DNA of 64,000 nt from an uncultured delta proteobacterium (GTDB lineage Bacteria; Desulfobacterota; Desulfobacteria; Desulfobacterales; JAFDCJ01), in the NCBI GenBank assembly GCA_963769935.1, contig CAVYNY010000020.1, forward strand, positions 473,609 to 537,608, written 5' to 3'. The notes under the pieces were generated by a model. It was not told the DNA's origin, did not search any database, and was given only the letters and a program-made list of their open reading frames with translations. This document shows, piece by piece, positions 62,704-64,000 of this stretch. The first letter of the stretch is position 1. Each line of letters opens with the position of its first letter. Both the position numbers and the translations under genes were made by a program.

Positions 62704-63795
62704 ATGAGTTTAAAATACATCGAAGAATATCGAGACACAAAAATTTCCAAGAACCTCATCGAAAAAATTAAAACCACCAGCAAACGCAGCATCCGTTTGA
62801 TGGAGGTTTGCGGCACACACACCGTGTCGATTTTTCGCAGCGGGATGCGTTCGCTGCTGCCGTCCACTATATCCCTGCTGTCGGGTCCGGGCTGTCCGGT
62901 GTGTGTTACCGACCAGAGGGAAATCGATACCTTCATTGAACTGGCCCGCTTGGATGATGTCATAGTGACGACTTTTGGCGATTTGATGCGGGTGCCCGGC
63001 AGCAATTCCTCGCTGCAGAAGGAAAGTGCCGAAGGGCATGACATTCGCATGGTCTATTCGACTGTTGATGCGTTAAAGATTGCTCAAAAGAATCCTGCCA
63101 AAAAGGTTGTTTTTTTAGGGGTCGGTTTTGAAACGACCGCCCCGACCATTGCGGCTGCCATCCGGCAGGCGATTCAGATGAAAATTGAGAATTTTTCGGT
63201 GATCTCCGCCCACAAGCTGGTTCCGCCGGCCCTGGAAACCTTGATGAGTTTAGAGGACGTCCAATTGGACGGCTTTATTTTGCCCGGGCACGTGTCGGTA
63301 ATTATCGGTCTGAATGCCTACCGGCCCTTTTTTGACAGACATGCCGTCCCCTGCGTGGTGGCAGGTTTTGAGCCGGCCGATATACTGCAGGCCGTCGGCA
63401 TGCTGGTCGAGATGATCGAATCCGGCAAGCCGGGCCTTGACAATGCCTATCCCAGGGCTGTTACCGAAGAGGGGAACACGAAGGCCCAAAAAATACTGCA
63501 GGATATTTTTGAACCGGCTGATGTCTGCTGGCGGGGAATTGGTATGATCCCCCAAAGCGGACTGAAAATAAGGGCTGAATATGCAGTCCATGACGCCGAG
63601 AAGCAATTTGAGCTCCGGGTTCCCGAGCCGAAAATTCCGCCGGGCTGTGCCTGTGGGGATATTTTGACCGGTAAAAAGATTCCGCCGGATTGCAAATTGT
63701 ACCGCAAAGTCTGCACTCCCACCGATCCGGTGGGACCCTGCATGGTGTCGACCGAGGGGACCTGCGCGGCGTACTATCGGTATCACGCAGGATGA
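62704..63795 (+). CDS. hypD: Hydrogenase formation protein HypD
   Basis: Motifs MEVCGTHT, GPGCPVCV, GFETT, PGHVS and GPCMVSTEGTCAA. Confidence 0.98.
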   Translation: MSLKYIEEYRDTKISKNLIEKIKTTSKRSIRLMEVCGTHTVSIFRSGMRSLLPSTISLLSGPGCPVCVTDQREIDTFIELARLDDVIVTTFGDLMRVPGSNSSLQKESAEGHDIRMVYSTVDALKIAQKNPAKKVVFLGVGFETTAPTIAAAIRQAIQMKIENFSVISAHKLVPPALETLMSLEDVQLDGFILPGHVSVIIGLNAYRPFFDRHAVPCVVAGFEPADILQAVGMLVEMIESGKPGLDNAYPRAVTEEGNTKAQKILQDIFEPADVCWRGIGMIPQSGLKIRAEYAVHDAEKQFELRVPEPKIPPGCACGDILTGKKIPPDCKLYRKVCTPTDPVGPCMVSTEGTCAAYYRYHAG

Positions 63796-64000
63796 CCCGC
63801 CGTAGCCCTGCGGGCTATGGCGCGGCGAGCAGAGAACAGAAGTAAAGAAAGCGTTGTTTGTTATTGGTTTGAATAGGGTTTCAGGTGTCAGCGAGCAGAG
63901 GGCGGAGATTTTGATTGCAGATAGCAGATTGCGGATTGTGTGGGTATAGCGTAAAGGCTAAAAGGAAAAAGGTTAAAGGTAAAACAAAAAAATTTAATTT

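Overview
Chromosomal window from a sulfate-reducing bacterium, most likely Desulfobacterota/Desulfobacterales (inferred from aprBA-qmoABC, sat and a periplasmic [NiFe]-hydrogenase operon). From left to right it holds: a PAS hybrid histidine kinase; an MBL hydrolase; an accessory-looking dut-katG-perR-SDR block; the rimP-nusA-infB-ylxP-rbfA-DHH-truB-rpsO-pnp-M16 operon; tRNA-Gly; infC-rpmI-rplT-pheS-pheT-merR; deaminase, dGTPase and three YkgJ-type Cys-cluster genes; aprBA-qmoABC with a convergent sat; a PilZ gene; a 9-gene uncharacterised envelope cluster; two tRNA-Ser genes; and a hydrogenase/hyp operon. The envelope cluster encodes two lipoproteins, a TPR-like protein, a PEGA+FGE-sulfatase protein, a small exported protein, MotA/ExbB, an Hsp70-like+FHA protein and two ExbD-like TM+coiled-coil+vWA proteins. 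Three observations stand out. (1) The hydrogenase large subunit has an in-frame TGA followed by a SECIS-like hairpin at the second Cys of the N-terminal RxCGxC motif, not at the canonical C-terminal NiFeSe position. (2) The MotA/vWA cluster looks like an undescribed ion-driven envelope machine. (3) Many intergenic spacers carry palindromic elements built from degenerate 7-9 nt tandem units, some nested. Several single-base frameshifts (kinase, ylxP, 48.5-53.4 kb) probably reflect sequencing indels. All calls come from reading the sequence; no database searches were run.
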